Shown: positions 16,504-26,073 of the stretch, one piece after another
Numbering within the stretch: position 1 is the stretch's first letter
How the letters are laid out: each line of letters opens with the position of its first letter
Source of the DNA: an uncultured Nitrospinota bacterium
GTDB taxonomy: Bacteria > UBA8248
Direction: 5' to 3'
Length of the DNA stretch: 42,728 nt
Assembly (NCBI GenBank): GCA_947258645.1
Contig: CAMYJL010000001.1
Location: forward strand, 1-42,728
Position numbers and translations under genes: made by a program
Notes under the pieces: model-generated
The model's database searches: none
What the model saw: only the letters and a program-made list of their open reading frames with translations
What the model was told of the DNA's origin: nothing

Positions 16504-16854
16504 TTAGTGGGCCTGGTGGGCCGCGTCGGGCCCCTCTTGTACAAGATTCACGTTCCAGAGAGGAATCTCGACCTCGATCACCTGGTCCGTTTCTTCCTGG
16601 AGCGTGCACTGGCAGGCCAGACGGCTGCACAGCTCGATGTCCCGCGCGTCGTCAAGTTGGTCCTCTTCCTCTTCCTCAGCCTCGGGAAACAGGTCGAACC
16701 CCTCCCGGATCTTGATGTGGCAGGTCGAACAGGCGCATACGCCGCCGCAGGCGTGGTCGAGGTCGATTTCATTCGCCAGGGCAGCCTCAAGGATGTTCTG
16801 CCCTACCTGAATATCTATCGTTTTGTCTTCATCTTTAAAATGCAGCTTGGCCAT
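16504..16854 (-). CDS. fdx: ISC-type [2Fe-2S] ferredoxin
   Basis: CGGVCACSTCH...C cluster ligands; position between hscA and iscX. Confidence 0.9.
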   Translation of the reverse strand: MAKLHFKDEDKTIDIQVGQNILEAALANEIDLDHACGGVCACSTCHIKIREGFDLFPEAEEEEEDQLDDARDIELCSRLACQCTLQEETDQVIEVEIPLWNVNLVQEGPDAAHQAH

Positions 16855-16893
16855 CTGATTTCCCCACATGAAATGCCCGCCCCGGAGGGAGAA

Positions 16894-18729
16894 CTAATCT
16901 TTCATCGCCTCGCTCAACTTTTTGTTGGTCAATGCTTCTTTTAAAACATCGTCCATCATTCGCTCGGCAAGAGAATGCGTAACATCGTTCAGCGCGTCGA
17001 TTTTATCTCGAATGGCGCTGTGATCGTCACCCTGCATGGCTTCCTCCGCGCCCAATATGGCGGTGGAAATCGCCGCAAATTCCTTTTCGCCGATCTGATC
17101 TTTTCCGTATTCCCGAAGCGCCCGAGCGGCCGCCGTGAGAATGCTCTCCGCCTCATTCCGCGCTTCGAGAAGCTGCCGCTGCCGGATGTCCTCTTCGGCG
17201 TACTCAAACGATTCAAGGAGCATCTGCTCGACCTGCTCATCGGTCAGACCATAGGAAGGCTGAACCTCGACCGAGGCGGCTTTTCCGCTCCGTAGGTCCC
17301 GTGCCGTCACGTTCAAAATTCCGTTGGCGTCGATGAGGAAAGTTACCTCGATCCGCGCCATCCCCGCCGGGGCGGGATCGATGCCCAGCCGGAACTTCGC
17401 AAGTGAGCGATTGTCCTTCGCCAATTCCCGCTCGCCTTGGAGCACCTGAATGTCCACCCCGGTCTGGTGGTCCTTGAAGGTTGTATAAATTTCCCGCTTG
17501 CTGGTCGGTATTGTCGTGTTGCGCGGAATGATCCAGCCCATCGCGCCGCCCATCGTCTCGATTCCAAGCGAAAGGGGCGACACGTCCAGAAGAAGCATGT
17601 CTTTTCGCCCACCCGCGAGGATATCGGCCTGCACCGCCGCGCCGAGCGCAACGACCTCGTCCGGGTTCAGCTCTGAATGGGCTTCTTTGCCGAAAAGATC
17701 ACTGACCATCCGCCGGATTAGGGGCATCCGGGTGGAGCCGCCCACCAGAACGACATCGTCCACCCCGCTTTCAGGCAGGTCCGCGTCCAACAGGGCCCGG
17801 CGGCACGGTTTAAGCGTCCGCTCGGCGATGGGTAGAAAAATCCGCTCCGCCTCTTCCCTCGTAAGCGTTCCTTTCCAAGAGACGGAAACCCCACCCGGAT
17901 TCTCCAGGACAATTTCGGTTTCCTCCTTGTCCGTAAGCTCGCATTTGGCTTTTTCGGCTGCCAGCACAACGGCACCCACCACCGTCGAATCGGTTCTCAG
18001 ATCGATGCTGGAATCTTCTTTCACCCGAGCAATGAGATGGTCGGCCAGCGCACGATCAAAATCGTCTCCACCCAGATGCGTATCGCCGCCCGTCGACAGA
18101 ACCTCGAAAATACCGTCCTTCACGCGGAGGATGGAGATGTCGAACGTCCCGCCTCCCAGATCGTAAACGGCGATGACGCCTCGATCCCGTTGTTGCAAGC
18201 CATAGGCCAGCGATGCCGCCGTAGGCTCGTTGACAATCCGGAGAACCTCCAGCCCTGCCAGCCGCCCGGCATCTTTCGTCGCCTGGCGCTGCGCGTCGTT
18301 GAAATAAGCAGGGACGGTGATCACCGTCCGCAGGACGGGATGGCCCAGCTCTTTTTCTGCCCGTGCCTTCAGCTTGCGGAGAATGAGCGCGCTGATCTCC
18401 GGTGGACTGTAGGAGCGCCCGCGGGCGAGGACAAAAACGCTATGCTTATTGTCCGGATCGACCTCGAATGGCAGGTGGCGCAGCTCGTCCGCAACATCAT
18501 CGTAGCCGCGCCCCATAAACCGCTTGATCGAAAAAATGGTATTCCGGCTGTTATCCGTTTTACCGGACTGGGCCTCATCACCCACGTTCACCCGGTCGGA
18601 CTGAAAGCTCACGATCGAAGGAACGATGTTGCGCTCTCCATCCGGCGCCAAAATGACCGGCTGGCCATCTTTCATGACGGCGACAAGACTGTTCGTGGTC
18701 CCCAGGTCGATACCGATTATGATGTTCAC
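16894..18729 (-). CDS. hscA: Fe-S cluster assembly chaperone HscA (Hsp70)
   Basis: IGIDLGTTNS, DLGGGTFD, and operon context. Confidence 0.95.
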   Translation of the reverse strand: MNIIIGIDLGTTNSLVAVMKDGQPVILAPDGERNIVPSIVSFQSDRVNVGDEAQSGKTDNSRNTIFSIKRFMGRGYDDVADELRHLPFEVDPDNKHSVFVLARGRSYSPPEISALILRKLKARAEKELGHPVLRTVITVPAYFNDAQRQATKDAGRLAGLEVLRIVNEPTAASLAYGLQQRDRGVIAVYDLGGGTFDISILRVKDGIFEVLSTGGDTHLGGDDFDRALADHLIARVKEDSSIDLRTDSTVVGAVVLAAEKAKCELTDKEETEIVLENPGGVSVSWKGTLTREEAERIFLPIAERTLKPCRRALLDADLPESGVDDVVLVGGSTRMPLIRRMVSDLFGKEAHSELNPDEVVALGAAVQADILAGGRKDMLLLDVSPLSLGIETMGGAMGWIIPRNTTIPTSKREIYTTFKDHQTGVDIQVLQGERELAKDNRSLAKFRLGIDPAPAGMARIEVTFLIDANGILNVTARDLRSGKAASVEVQPSYGLTDEQVEQMLLESFEYAEEDIRQRQLLEARNEAESILTAAARALREYGKDQIGEKEFAAISTAILGAEEAMQGDDHSAIRDKIDALNDVTHSLAERMMDDVLKEALTNKKLSEAMKD

Positions 18730-19373
18730 GATGCCATTTCCAGCGCGTTTTGCACGCTTCTCAAAATATTATCGATATAGTTCCGAAGCCCCAGAATCGA
18801 ACGCAATTTCTGAACGACCTCGGCCGGGGGCGGCTCTCCCGCCTCGACCGCCCTGTCCCACCTTTCCCCCAGGTCCTTGAGGGCCGCTCGTTGCCCCGAA
18901 CGCTGGGCCTCGAAGCATTCTTTCGCCGCCTCGAGGTTGCGAAGAAGGCTTTCGGCCTGTTCTTCTTCTTCACAACACTTGAAATCGACCACGGCCTCCT
19001 GGGCCTCCAATATCTCTTCCAGCATATCGGCCGGAGGCGTAGAATCGTTCTCTTGCAACTTTCCGCTTTCCAGCTCAACGAGGTACACAGCCCTTTGAAT
19101 CGGATCCTTAAGCGTTTTGTAGGCCTCGTTCAGGCGGGCGGAGGCTTCCAGGCTAAGGATGCGCTTCGACGCCGGGGCGTTCATGAAAAAATCCGGATGA
19201 AGCTTCCGGCTCAGCTTGAAATACCTGGACTCCAGATCAAATTCGTCGAGCTCCATCTTTCGCGGCATGGAAAAAAAGGCAAAGTAATCCGTTTCGGCGG
19301 GAATGGGACAAATCTCTCCGCTTTCATCGAATATGGAAAACGCCGTTTTTTTGTCCGCCTCGCAACCACTCAT
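18726..19373 (-). CDS. hscB: co-chaperone HscB (J-domain)
   Basis: DYFAFFSMPRKMELDEFDLESRYFKLSRKLHPD (HPD motif). Its stop overlaps the hscA start by 4 nt. Start taken at ATG 19373. Confidence 0.85.
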   Translation of the reverse strand: MSGCEADKKTAFSIFDESGEICPIPAETDYFAFFSMPRKMELDEFDLESRYFKLSRKLHPDFFMNAPASKRILSLEASARLNEAYKTLKDPIQRAVYLVELESGKLQENDSTPPADMLEEILEAQEAVVDFKCCEEEEQAESLLRNLEAAKECFEAQRSGQRAALKDLGERWDRAVEAGEPPPAEVVQKLRSILGLRNYIDNILRSVQNALEMAS

Positions 19374-19485
19374 CTTTTCACCGGGAAAATATTGTCGGCC
19401 GGAACTTCGCTGGGCATTCTCAAAAAAAACGCGTCGCGCAGCCTCATTCAAAGAACGGGGGCGCGGCGCGTTCAAGAGGACCGTG

Positions 19486-19839
19486 CTAGGCCGAAAAACT
19501 TTCTCCGCAACCACAGGACTGACGAGCGTTGGGGTTTTTAAACGTGAATCCCTTTCCCGAGAGCCCATCTTCGTAGTCCAGGGTCGTTCCCGCCAGATAG
19601 AGCATGCTTTTTTTATCGACGACGACCCGAACGCTGTCTTTTTCGATGACGTGATCCATCAACCCAACGGTATCGGCACTCTCGAACTGAAGAACATAGG
19701 AAAGGCCCGAACATCCGCCGCCGCGAACACCCACACGGACAACCGCGTCCGTCTTTCCCTCTTTTTCCATAAACCGCTTGACGTGCTCGACAGCAGCGTC
19801 CGTCACTTCGATAGACAATTTTTTCTCAGATGTTGTCAT
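19486..19839 (-). CDS. iscA: Fe-S cluster carrier IscA (HesB family)
   Basis: VGVRGGGCSGLSY...CGCGESF; start at ATG 19839. Confidence 0.9.
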   Translation of the reverse strand: MTTSEKKLSIEVTDAAVEHVKRFMEKEGKTDAVVRVGVRGGGCSGLSYVLQFESADTVGLMDHVIEKDSVRVVVDKKSMLYLAGTTLDYEDGLSGKGFTFKNPNARQSCGCGESFSA

Positions 19840-19907
19840 GGCCTTCTTCCCATTCTCTTTTCCGCCAAGCAGGCCAAAAAACCTCCCGCCGCATGGCGCG
19901 ATAAAAA

Positions 19908-20321
19908 CTAGACCGCCGAGCGCGAATCGCCTACTGCCGGCTGGCCGTTCTTCTCGCGGTAATCGTTCAGCGCCGCCTTGATGGCATCTTCCGCCAGGAC
20001 GGAACAATGAATCTTGACCGGCGGAAGGTTAAGTTCTTCGACAATTTGCGTATTTTTGATCTCTTGCGCCTCGTCAACCGTTTTTCCCTTCAGCCATTCC
20101 GTGGCCAGAGAGCTCGACGCGATGGCACTGCCGCAACCGAAGGTCTTGAACTTGGCGTCCTCGATAACACCTTCTTCGCTCACCTTGACCTGAAGCTTCA
20201 TGACATCGCCGCACTCGGGAGCTCCGACGACGCCGGTTCCGACGGAACCGTCTTTCTTGTCCAGGGATCCCACATTGCGTGGATTGTTATAATGGTCAAC
20301 CACTTTGTCACTATATGCCAT
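19908..20321 (-). CDS. iscU: Fe-S cluster scaffold IscU
   Basis: MAYSDKVVDHYNNPRNVG, GAPECGDVMKL, FKTFGCGSAIASSS, IHCSVLAEDAIKAAL. Confidence 0.95.
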   Translation of the reverse strand: MAYSDKVVDHYNNPRNVGSLDKKDGSVGTGVVGAPECGDVMKLQVKVSEEGVIEDAKFKTFGCGSAIASSSLATEWLKGKTVDEAQEIKNTQIVEELNLPPVKIHCSVLAEDAIKAALNDYREKNGQPAVGDSRSAV

Positions 20322-20406
20322 TTTCGGTTCTTCCTCCCAAAGCGCCACGCACGGCGCGAAATGTCATCCGACAACCAGTCCCAATTTCAAAAGATGCGTG
20401 CCCCTT

Positions 20407-21627
20407 TTAATGGTGGGCCCATTCCACCGTTGAGAGGTCGATCCCCTCTTTGACCATTTCGTAAAGCGGGCTCATCTCACGAAGGCGGTTTACGACATCC
20501 ACCAGTTTTTCCGCCACGTAATCCACTTCTTCCTGCGTGGTAAACCGGCCAAAACCAAAGCGAATGGACGAATGCGCCAGTTCATCGCCGCGCCCCATCG
20601 CCTTGAGAACGTAGCTCGGTTCAAGACTCGCTGATGTGCAAGCGGAGCCCGAGGATACGGCCACGTCCTTGATGCCCATGATGAGGGATTCACCCTCGAC
20701 ATAAGGGAAGCTCAGGTTCAGGTTGCCCGGAATGCGCTTCGTTTCATGGCCGTTGACGTGAACCTCTTCGAGACTTTCCATCATAGTGGCTTTGAATTTG
20801 TCGCGCATATTGGAGAGTCGGATGGCCTCTTCTGCCATCTCCTGCTGGCAAAGCTCGGCGGCCTTGCCGAAGCCAACAATCCCGGAGACGTTCAAGGTGC
20901 CAGAGCGCATGCCGCGCTCATGTCCGCCCCCGTCGATCAAGGCCGCGAGGCGCACACGGGGCTTCCGCCGCCGGACGTAAAGAGCGCCGACGCCTTTGGG
21001 CCCGTAAATCTTATGCGCGGTAATCGACATCAGGTCGATGAAGTCTTCATTTACGTCGATGGGGATTTTCCCGTAGCCCTGGGTGCCGTCGGTATGGAAC
21101 AGGATTCCCTTGGAGCGACAGAGCTGGCCGATCTCCCTGATCGGATTGATGACACCAATTTCGTTGTTAACGGCCATGATGGAAACCAGGATGGTGTCTT
21201 CCCTGATGGCGTCCTCGACCATTTCGGCCGTCGTGATGCCATCTTCGGGAGGCTCGATGTAGGTCACGTCATAGCCCCATGTTTCGAGGCGCTTGGCCGA
21301 GTCGATGATGGCCTTGTGTTCGATCATGGAGGTGACGATGTGTTTGCCTTTGCTCTTGTACATCTCGGCGACGCCCTTGAGCGCCATGTTGTCGGACTCG
21401 GTCGCGCCACTCGTGAAAATAATCTCGCGGGGATCCGCTCCGATCACATTCGCCAGTTTCTCGCGGGCGATATCCACCGCTTTTTCGGCCTCCCAGCCGT
21501 AGCTGTGGTTTCGGCTCGCCGCGTTGCCAAATTTTTCGTTGAAGTAAGGAAGCATTTCTTCCAGCACGCGCGGATCAAGCGGCGTGGTGGCCTGGTAATC
21601 CATGTAAATGGGCAACTGAATGCTCAT
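20407..21627 (-). CDS. iscS: cysteine desulfurase IscS
   Basis: [35 protein letters not shown]; the ATG at 21627 overlaps the iscR stop (ATGA). Confidence 0.95.
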   Translation of the reverse strand: MSIQLPIYMDYQATTPLDPRVLEEMLPYFNEKFGNAASRNHSYGWEAEKAVDIAREKLANVIGADPREIIFTSGATESDNMALKGVAEMYKSKGKHIVTSMIEHKAIIDSAKRLETWGYDVTYIEPPEDGITTAEMVEDAIREDTILVSIMAVNNEIGVINPIREIGQLCRSKGILFHTDGTQGYGKIPIDVNEDFIDLMSITAHKIYGPKGVGALYVRRRKPRVRLAALIDGGGHERGMRSGTLNVSGIVGFGKAAELCQQEMAEEAIRLSNMRDKFKATMMESLEEVHVNGHETKRIPGNLNLSFPYVEGESLIMGIKDVAVSSGSACTSASLEPSYVLKAMGRGDELAHSSIRFGFGRFTTQEEVDYVAEKLVDVVNRLREMSPLYEMVKEGIDLSTVEWAHH

Positions 21628-22049
21628 CGAATCACTCCCACTGGTGTTTCGGACATATCCAGAAGGGTCATCCCCCTGAGAAGGTCCACGACCTTTTGCT
21701 GGATACGCTCCATTGGCTGAAGTAAGGGACATTTGCTGAACTGTTCACAACTCGAATCCTCGCCCACCTGGCAGTTTGCCATGGCGACGTGACCTTCTAT
21801 GGCCTGAATCACCTCAAAAACCGATATGGAGTCCGGGCTTCGGGATAGGACATACCCTCCCTTGGGTCCGTTCCTTGACTCCACAATCCCGCTTTTGGCC
21901 AACAACTGCAGGGTTTTGGCCAGAAGCTCGGGTGGAATTTCATATTGGGTTGAAATCGTCTTCGCATTCGTCGCCTCGCCGTCCTCCTGCGAGGCGAGAT
22001 GAGAAAGGGCGATCAATCCATAATCCATTCTTTTTGAAAAGGTTATCAT
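21624..22049 (-). CDS. iscR: Rrf2-family transcriptional regulator IscR
   Basis: [19 protein letters not shown], wHTH region, Cys cluster C-x8-C-x5-C, first gene of the isc operon. Confidence 0.85.
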   Translation of the reverse strand: MITFSKRMDYGLIALSHLASQEDGEATNAKTISTQYEIPPELLAKTLQLLAKSGIVESRNGPKGGYVLSRSPDSISVFEVIQAIEGHVAMANCQVGEDSSCEQFSKCPLLQPMERIQQKVVDLLRGMTLLDMSETPVGVIR

Positions 22050-22074
22050 CGCCCACTCCCCTCCGGACAACAAA

Positions 22075-22111
22075 ATACGACAAATTTTGTCGCCGATATA
22101 TTTTGTCGTAT
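22075..22111 (-). promoter_or_regulatory. palindromic Rrf2/IscR-type operator
   Basis: The plus strand reads ATACGACAAATTTTGTCGCCGATATATTTTGTCGTAT. It has an inner perfect palindrome CGACAAA-T-TTTGTCG (22078..22092), a third TTTGTCG half-site (22102..22108), and an outer inverted repeat ATACGACAAA...TTTGTCGTAT. Confidence 0.55.
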
Positions 22112-22139
22112 ATATATGGGTTTCCTTCCAATTTGTCAA
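22111..22139 (-). promoter_or_regulatory. sigma70 promoter of the isc operon (TTGACA-N17-TATATA)
   Basis: Consensus -35 (22139..22134), 17-nt spacer, -10 TATATA (22116..22111), about 60 nt upstream of the iscR ATG. Confidence 0.65.
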
Positions 22140-22249
22140 CGGATCTGGTGAATTTTTCGGAGATTTTCCGGGGGATTGGCCCCGATTGGAGCTTTCGGAG
22201 CGCCAAAAAACATTAGTCTTTTGTTTTATCAATAGTTACATAGAAATTC

Positions 22250-22268
22250 GCGGGCGGTCCCAGCCCGC
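22250..22268 (-). terminator. hairpin GCGGGC-UGGGACC-GCCCGC immediately after the binding-protein stop
   Basis: 6-bp GC stem starting 2 nt after the TAA (22273..22271). The following sequence (GAAUUUCUAU) is only moderately U-rich. Confidence 0.45.
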
Positions 22269-22270
22269 CA

Positions 22271-23485
22271 TTATTTTCCTTTCCGGGCCCCCTTGTCCAA
22301 GGTCCATTTCCCCTTCCAGATCCTCACCATCACCAGCGAATCCGCGCGGAGACCACTGTGGTCCGATTTCGAGAAGTAGAACGAGCCAGTCAACCCCTCG
22401 AACGGCTGCATTTTTTCGATGCTATCGCGGACTTGCCTGCGCCGGAGGCTTCCTCCTTCCAAGGCCGCTTCGACGATGCGTAGCGCGTCCGCCGCGCTGC
22501 CCGACAGCCCATCGGGAAAATGGCCAATCCGGTTCCTGAACGCCGTCCGGAACGCCTGAATGGATTTCAGCCCCGGCGTTCCCTTCGGGAGCAGATCCGC
22601 CGCCAACACCCTCGAAGCCGGAAACACGACACCTTCCAGCGATCGGCCCGGGTTTTTCAGGTTAATCGTTCTCACCGAAACGAGCGCCATATAAATCGGC
22701 AGCCTGATGTCCAGCGCCAGCCGTGCCCGGACTAGCGCTAACCGCGAGGGCCCCTGCGCCCAATGGACAAACACCTCGGCTCCCCGCATGTGCGCCTTTT
22801 GAAGATAGGGAAGGAGGTTGTGTTCGTTTTCGCGATGCCGACTATTAAGAAGAAGCGATATTCCCATCTCTGGAGCCATCTCGCTCAGGTTTTCACGACC
22901 CTCCGCTCCGAATCCGTCATCCGACACAAGAACGGCGGCCCGCTGGTACCCCTTCGCCTGCATGTGCGAAAGCGTACGGCGGGACGCCAGCGATACCGGA
23001 TTCGCGGTAGAGAAAACCCAGCGCCGGACGGGCCGGAGTATGGTCTCGGGCGCTGACAGCGAAATCATCGGTATCTTCGCTCGTTCGGCCACCTTCGCCG
23101 CAGCAAGCGCCGAGGTTCTGTCCGACGGCCCGATGATAGCGACGGCGCCATATTCGCTCGCAAGACTCTCGACTCCCAATGCGGCGGCCTCGGGCTTTCC
23201 GGCAGAGTCGATTGTCACCAGAAGGATCTGGGCCGACCCGCTCTTCCCCCTTATTTGGTTGATGCGCTGCTCTTCCAGAAACAGTGCGTCGCGGGCCTCT
23301 CGGCCCCTCGCGGCTCCCTGCCCGGTGATATCCAAAATCGCACCGATGACAATTCGGTCCCTCGGCGAGGGCTGGGCGGGGGCCGCGCGGGCGGCGGCGA
23401 ACAACAAACCCGCGAGAGCGGCCGTTCCGACGAAAAAGGCGAGAATCCTGAAAAACCTGCCACGCCCGCGATTTTTTTTCATCAT
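22271..23485 (-). CDS. periplasmic substrate-binding protein (type 1 PBP, branched-chain amino acid ABC type)
   Basis: Signal peptide; IVIGAILDITGQGAARGREARDALFLEEQRIN pattern. Start at ATG 23485 or 23482. Confidence 0.65.
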   Translation of the reverse strand: MMKKNRGRGRFFRILAFFVGTAALAGLLFAAARAAPAQPSPRDRIVIGAILDITGQGAARGREARDALFLEEQRINQIRGKSGSAQILLVTIDSAGKPEAAALGVESLASEYGAVAIIGPSDRTSALAAAKVAERAKIPMISLSAPETILRPVRRWVFSTANPVSLASRRTLSHMQAKGYQRAAVLVSDDGFGAEGRENLSEMAPEMGISLLLNSRHRENEHNLLPYLQKAHMRGAEVFVHWAQGPSRLALVRARLALDIRLPIYMALVSVRTINLKNPGRSLEGVVFPASRVLAADLLPKGTPGLKSIQAFRTAFRNRIGHFPDGLSGSAADALRIVEAALEGGSLRRRQVRDSIEKMQPFEGLTGSFYFSKSDHSGLRADSLVMVRIWKGKWTLDKGARKGK

Positions 23486-23582
23486 TTCACTACAATACCG
23501 ACTCATCGTTCGCCCTATTCACTTTCACGCAGGACCGGGAAGGCATTACCGGCTCCCGCCAGATTTCCACAGTCATGAGAGC

Positions 23583-24746
23583 ATGGCAAATTCGAGAGCA
23601 AATACAAACTCCCGGCAACAGGATTTGCGGACACCTCCGTCCCTCCGACGGAAAATTCGCGCGAAGCTCCTCCGGTGGTACGATACCGAAAAGCGGGAGC
23701 TCCCCTGGCGCGGCGAAACCGATCCGTACCGAATCTGGGTGTCCGAAGTTATGCTTCAACAAACCCGCGTTGACACTGTTTTAGGTCGCTATTCTCAGTT
23801 CCTCTCCCGCTTCCGATCAATATCTTCACTCGCGGACGCCCCCCTCGAAGCCATCCTCTCCGAATGGCAGGGCCTCGGTTACTACAGCCGCGCGCGAAAC
23901 CTCCACCGCGCCGCCCAGCTCGTTGCCGAATCCCCCGAGCGCCAACTCCCGCGGGATCGCCGTTCCCTCGCTCTCCTGCCAGGCTTTGGTCCCTACATGA
24001 CTGGCGCCGTTGCGAGCATTGCGTTTGGGGAGCGGGCGGCCGCCGTGGACGGAAACGTGATCCGCGTCCTGAGCCGCCTGCTCGACTCCGAACGTCCCGT
24101 CGACACGCCGGCAAATAAAAGGGCGCTGGAAGAAGAAGCGGAAGCGCTCGTCCCCCCATCCCGGCCTGGCGATTTCAACCAGGCCATGATGGATCTGGGC
24201 TCCACGGTCTGCCTTCCGAAACGCCCCCTGTGCCGGGCGTGTCCTCTCGCGCGGGAGTGCCAGTCATTTGCAATGGGAACGGTCCTCCTCCGCCCTGTCA
24301 AAACAAAAAAGAAACCCCCAAAAAACGTGACCGTTTTTCAACTGTGGGCCAAGCGCCGAATTGCACTCCGGATGGTCCGCCGGGAAGAAGATGGCCTGTT
24401 CGGCGGAATGTGGGAATTGCCCGGATGGATGGAGGACGGCCACCGGGAGCGACCTGACAAGAAAACCCTCGAAAAATTTTGCCAGAACGCTCTCGGTCCC
24501 GGCTGGCGACCGGTCGGCGAAATTGCCCGCGTCAGCCGCACCCTCACCCATCGAAAGATTCTTTTCGTCGTCCTGAACACCCTCGCCCCAAAGGAAAAAC
24601 CGGGGCGCTTCCGCTCCAGCGACAAAACCATCTGGGCGAAAGAAGAAGATCTCGTCACGCTACCGATCTCCACCGCCCAGCGAGCGGCCATCAAAGCGGC
24701 GAGCAAAGCCCTTGAAGACGGACAAGAAAAATTGTTCGAAAATTAA
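23583..24746 (+). CDS. mutY: A/G-specific adenine DNA glycosylase MutY
   Basis: LLRWYDTEKRELPWR, YRIWVSEVMLQQTRV, GLGYYSRARNLH, 4Fe-4S loop C-x6-C-x2-C-x5-C, NUDIX-like C-terminus. The ORF upstream of ATG 23583 is antisense to the neighbouring gene. Confidence 0.9.
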   Translation: MANSRANTNSRQQDLRTPPSLRRKIRAKLLRWYDTEKRELPWRGETDPYRIWVSEVMLQQTRVDTVLGRYSQFLSRFRSISSLADAPLEAILSEWQGLGYYSRARNLHRAAQLVAESPERQLPRDRRSLALLPGFGPYMTGAVASIAFGERAAAVDGNVIRVLSRLLDSERPVDTPANKRALEEEAEALVPPSRPGDFNQAMMDLGSTVCLPKRPLCRACPLARECQSFAMGTVLLRPVKTKKKPPKNVTVFQLWAKRRIALRMVRREEDGLFGGMWELPGWMEDGHRERPDKKTLEKFCQNALGPGWRPVGEIARVSRTLTHRKILFVVLNTLAPKEKPGRFRSSDKTIWAKEEDLVTLPISTAQRAAIKAASKALEDGQEKLFEN

Positions 24747-24752
24747 ATCCGA

Positions 24753-25058
24753 TCACGGCCCCCAAAATATCGTCAGCGGCCAGACGATCACAGCAATTCG
24801 CGCGGCGATGGCCCAGCCTGTTCCGCCTGTGAATCTGGCAGCACTCTGCCAGACGGCAACCGCAACAAAGGCGGAATAAGCGATTGCCAACGCACTCAGA
24901 GCCAGATAAGCCGGGCCTTCGGAGTAGCCGTACTTTTCGACCGTCCGCATCACCCATTTAAACCCCAACACACCCGCGAAGGCATACATCCAGAACGCGG
25001 ACTTCAGGGGAGTCTCCCCGGTCCAGAGCGCGCGCACGGTTTTCGCCACGTTATCCAC
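24753..25058 (-). CDS. hypothetical small membrane protein
   Basis: Three hydrophobic helices; no family recognised. Confidence 0.45.
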   Translation of the reverse strand: MDNVAKTVRALWTGETPLKSAFWMYAFAGVLGFKWVMRTVEKYGYSEGPAYLALSALAIAYSAFVAVAVWQSAARFTGGTGWAIAARIAVIVWPLTIFWGP

Positions 25059-25066
25059 AAAACTTC

Positions 25067-25765
25067 CTACTCAACTTCGAATACCGCCTTAACCGACAGG
25101 TGCAGGGCACCTTCGCCCGGCGCAACCGGCGTTGACCCCAGTGCTTTCGCTTGCTCGGCAAACATGGGCCGGGGTCCTGGAACAAGGACACTTTCCTCGA
25201 CGATCTGTATCGCCCTGCCAAGCTTCATGCCAGCCGATTCGGCAAGAATCCGCGCCTTGCGCTCGGCGTCCTTGACGGCGGCTTTTCGTAATTTATCCAG
25301 CCGCTCCCGTGTTTTTTCGACGATGAAGCGAAGGCCATGAAATTGGTTGGCGCCTCGACCCGCCACTTTGGCTATGAATTCTCCGATTCGGGAAAGATCG
25401 CGCAGCTTGACGGTTACGCTGTTTCGAACCGAATAACCGACAATCCGTCTCGCCCGTCCGCCTTCGTATCGGGGACTCACATTGAATCCGCTGGTCTGTA
25501 CATTTTTATCCGAAACTCCAAATGCCTTGATCGTCTCGAACAATTTCCTCATGGATTGGTTATTGGCTTCCAGTGCGGAGGCCACCTGCGGTGCCTGAGA
25601 GATCGCCCCGAAGGTGATGGCCGCAAGGTCAGGCTTGGCCGAAAGAGATGCCTTGCCCCGGACCGTGACGGACCGTCGCTGCTCATGGGCCGGGGAGGCA
25701 GCCGCCGCCGCGCCCGATATGAAAACGGGCAGGAGAACGCTGGAAACCGTTGCGAAGGTGACCAT
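25067..25765 (-). CDS. SIMPL domain (DUF541) periplasmic protein
   Basis: Signal peptide MVTFATVSSVLLPVFISGAAAAA. Pattern of a 26-kDa periplasmic immunogenic-protein family member. The ORF is open to 25825. Confidence 0.65.
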   Translation of the reverse strand: MVTFATVSSVLLPVFISGAAAAASPAHEQRRSVTVRGKASLSAKPDLAAITFGAISQAPQVASALEANNQSMRKLFETIKAFGVSDKNVQTSGFNVSPRYEGGRARRIVGYSVRNSVTVKLRDLSRIGEFIAKVAGRGANQFHGLRFIVEKTRERLDKLRKAAVKDAERKARILAESAGMKLGRAIQIVEESVLVPGPRPMFAEQAKALGSTPVAPGEGALHLSVKAVFEVE

Positions 25766-26073
25766 ATGGCGATTCAAGGCTCGTTTCTCCCTTTTGTTTT
25801 CAATGCCGGCCCCATCCGGCATCATTCGCTCCCAGCACCTGCCCGCCAGCCGGTTTAGGGAGGGCGATCAAGGGCAGACGGCAGACAAGAAGATTTCAAT
25901 TTCAATATAGCGTATTCGTCTCCGGACGGGCTGTCATCTGCCCGCCAGCACGGCTTTCAGGCAAACCCCGCGGCCGGGAGTGGCGCCCAATAAAAATAAA
26001 TGTTTTAGTGGGAAAGTCAAAAACCGGGAAAATTTATCTGGCGTCAATCAAATCATCTGGGGGCCAAAGAAGA

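Noticed and set aside
19374-19568. 65-codon N-terminal extension of the hscB ORF. Similar upstream extensions occur on the iscA, iscU, iscS, iscR, crotonase and truD ORFs.
   Set aside because: Homology to the respective families begins at internal ATGs with plausible SDs. The extensions are unconserved-looking and would overlap upstream genes or signals.
22818-23582. N-terminal 255 codons of the 642-aa ORF that contains mutY.
   Set aside because: This part is antisense to the substrate-binding-protein gene and has no MutY similarity. MutY homology starts just after the ATG at 23583.
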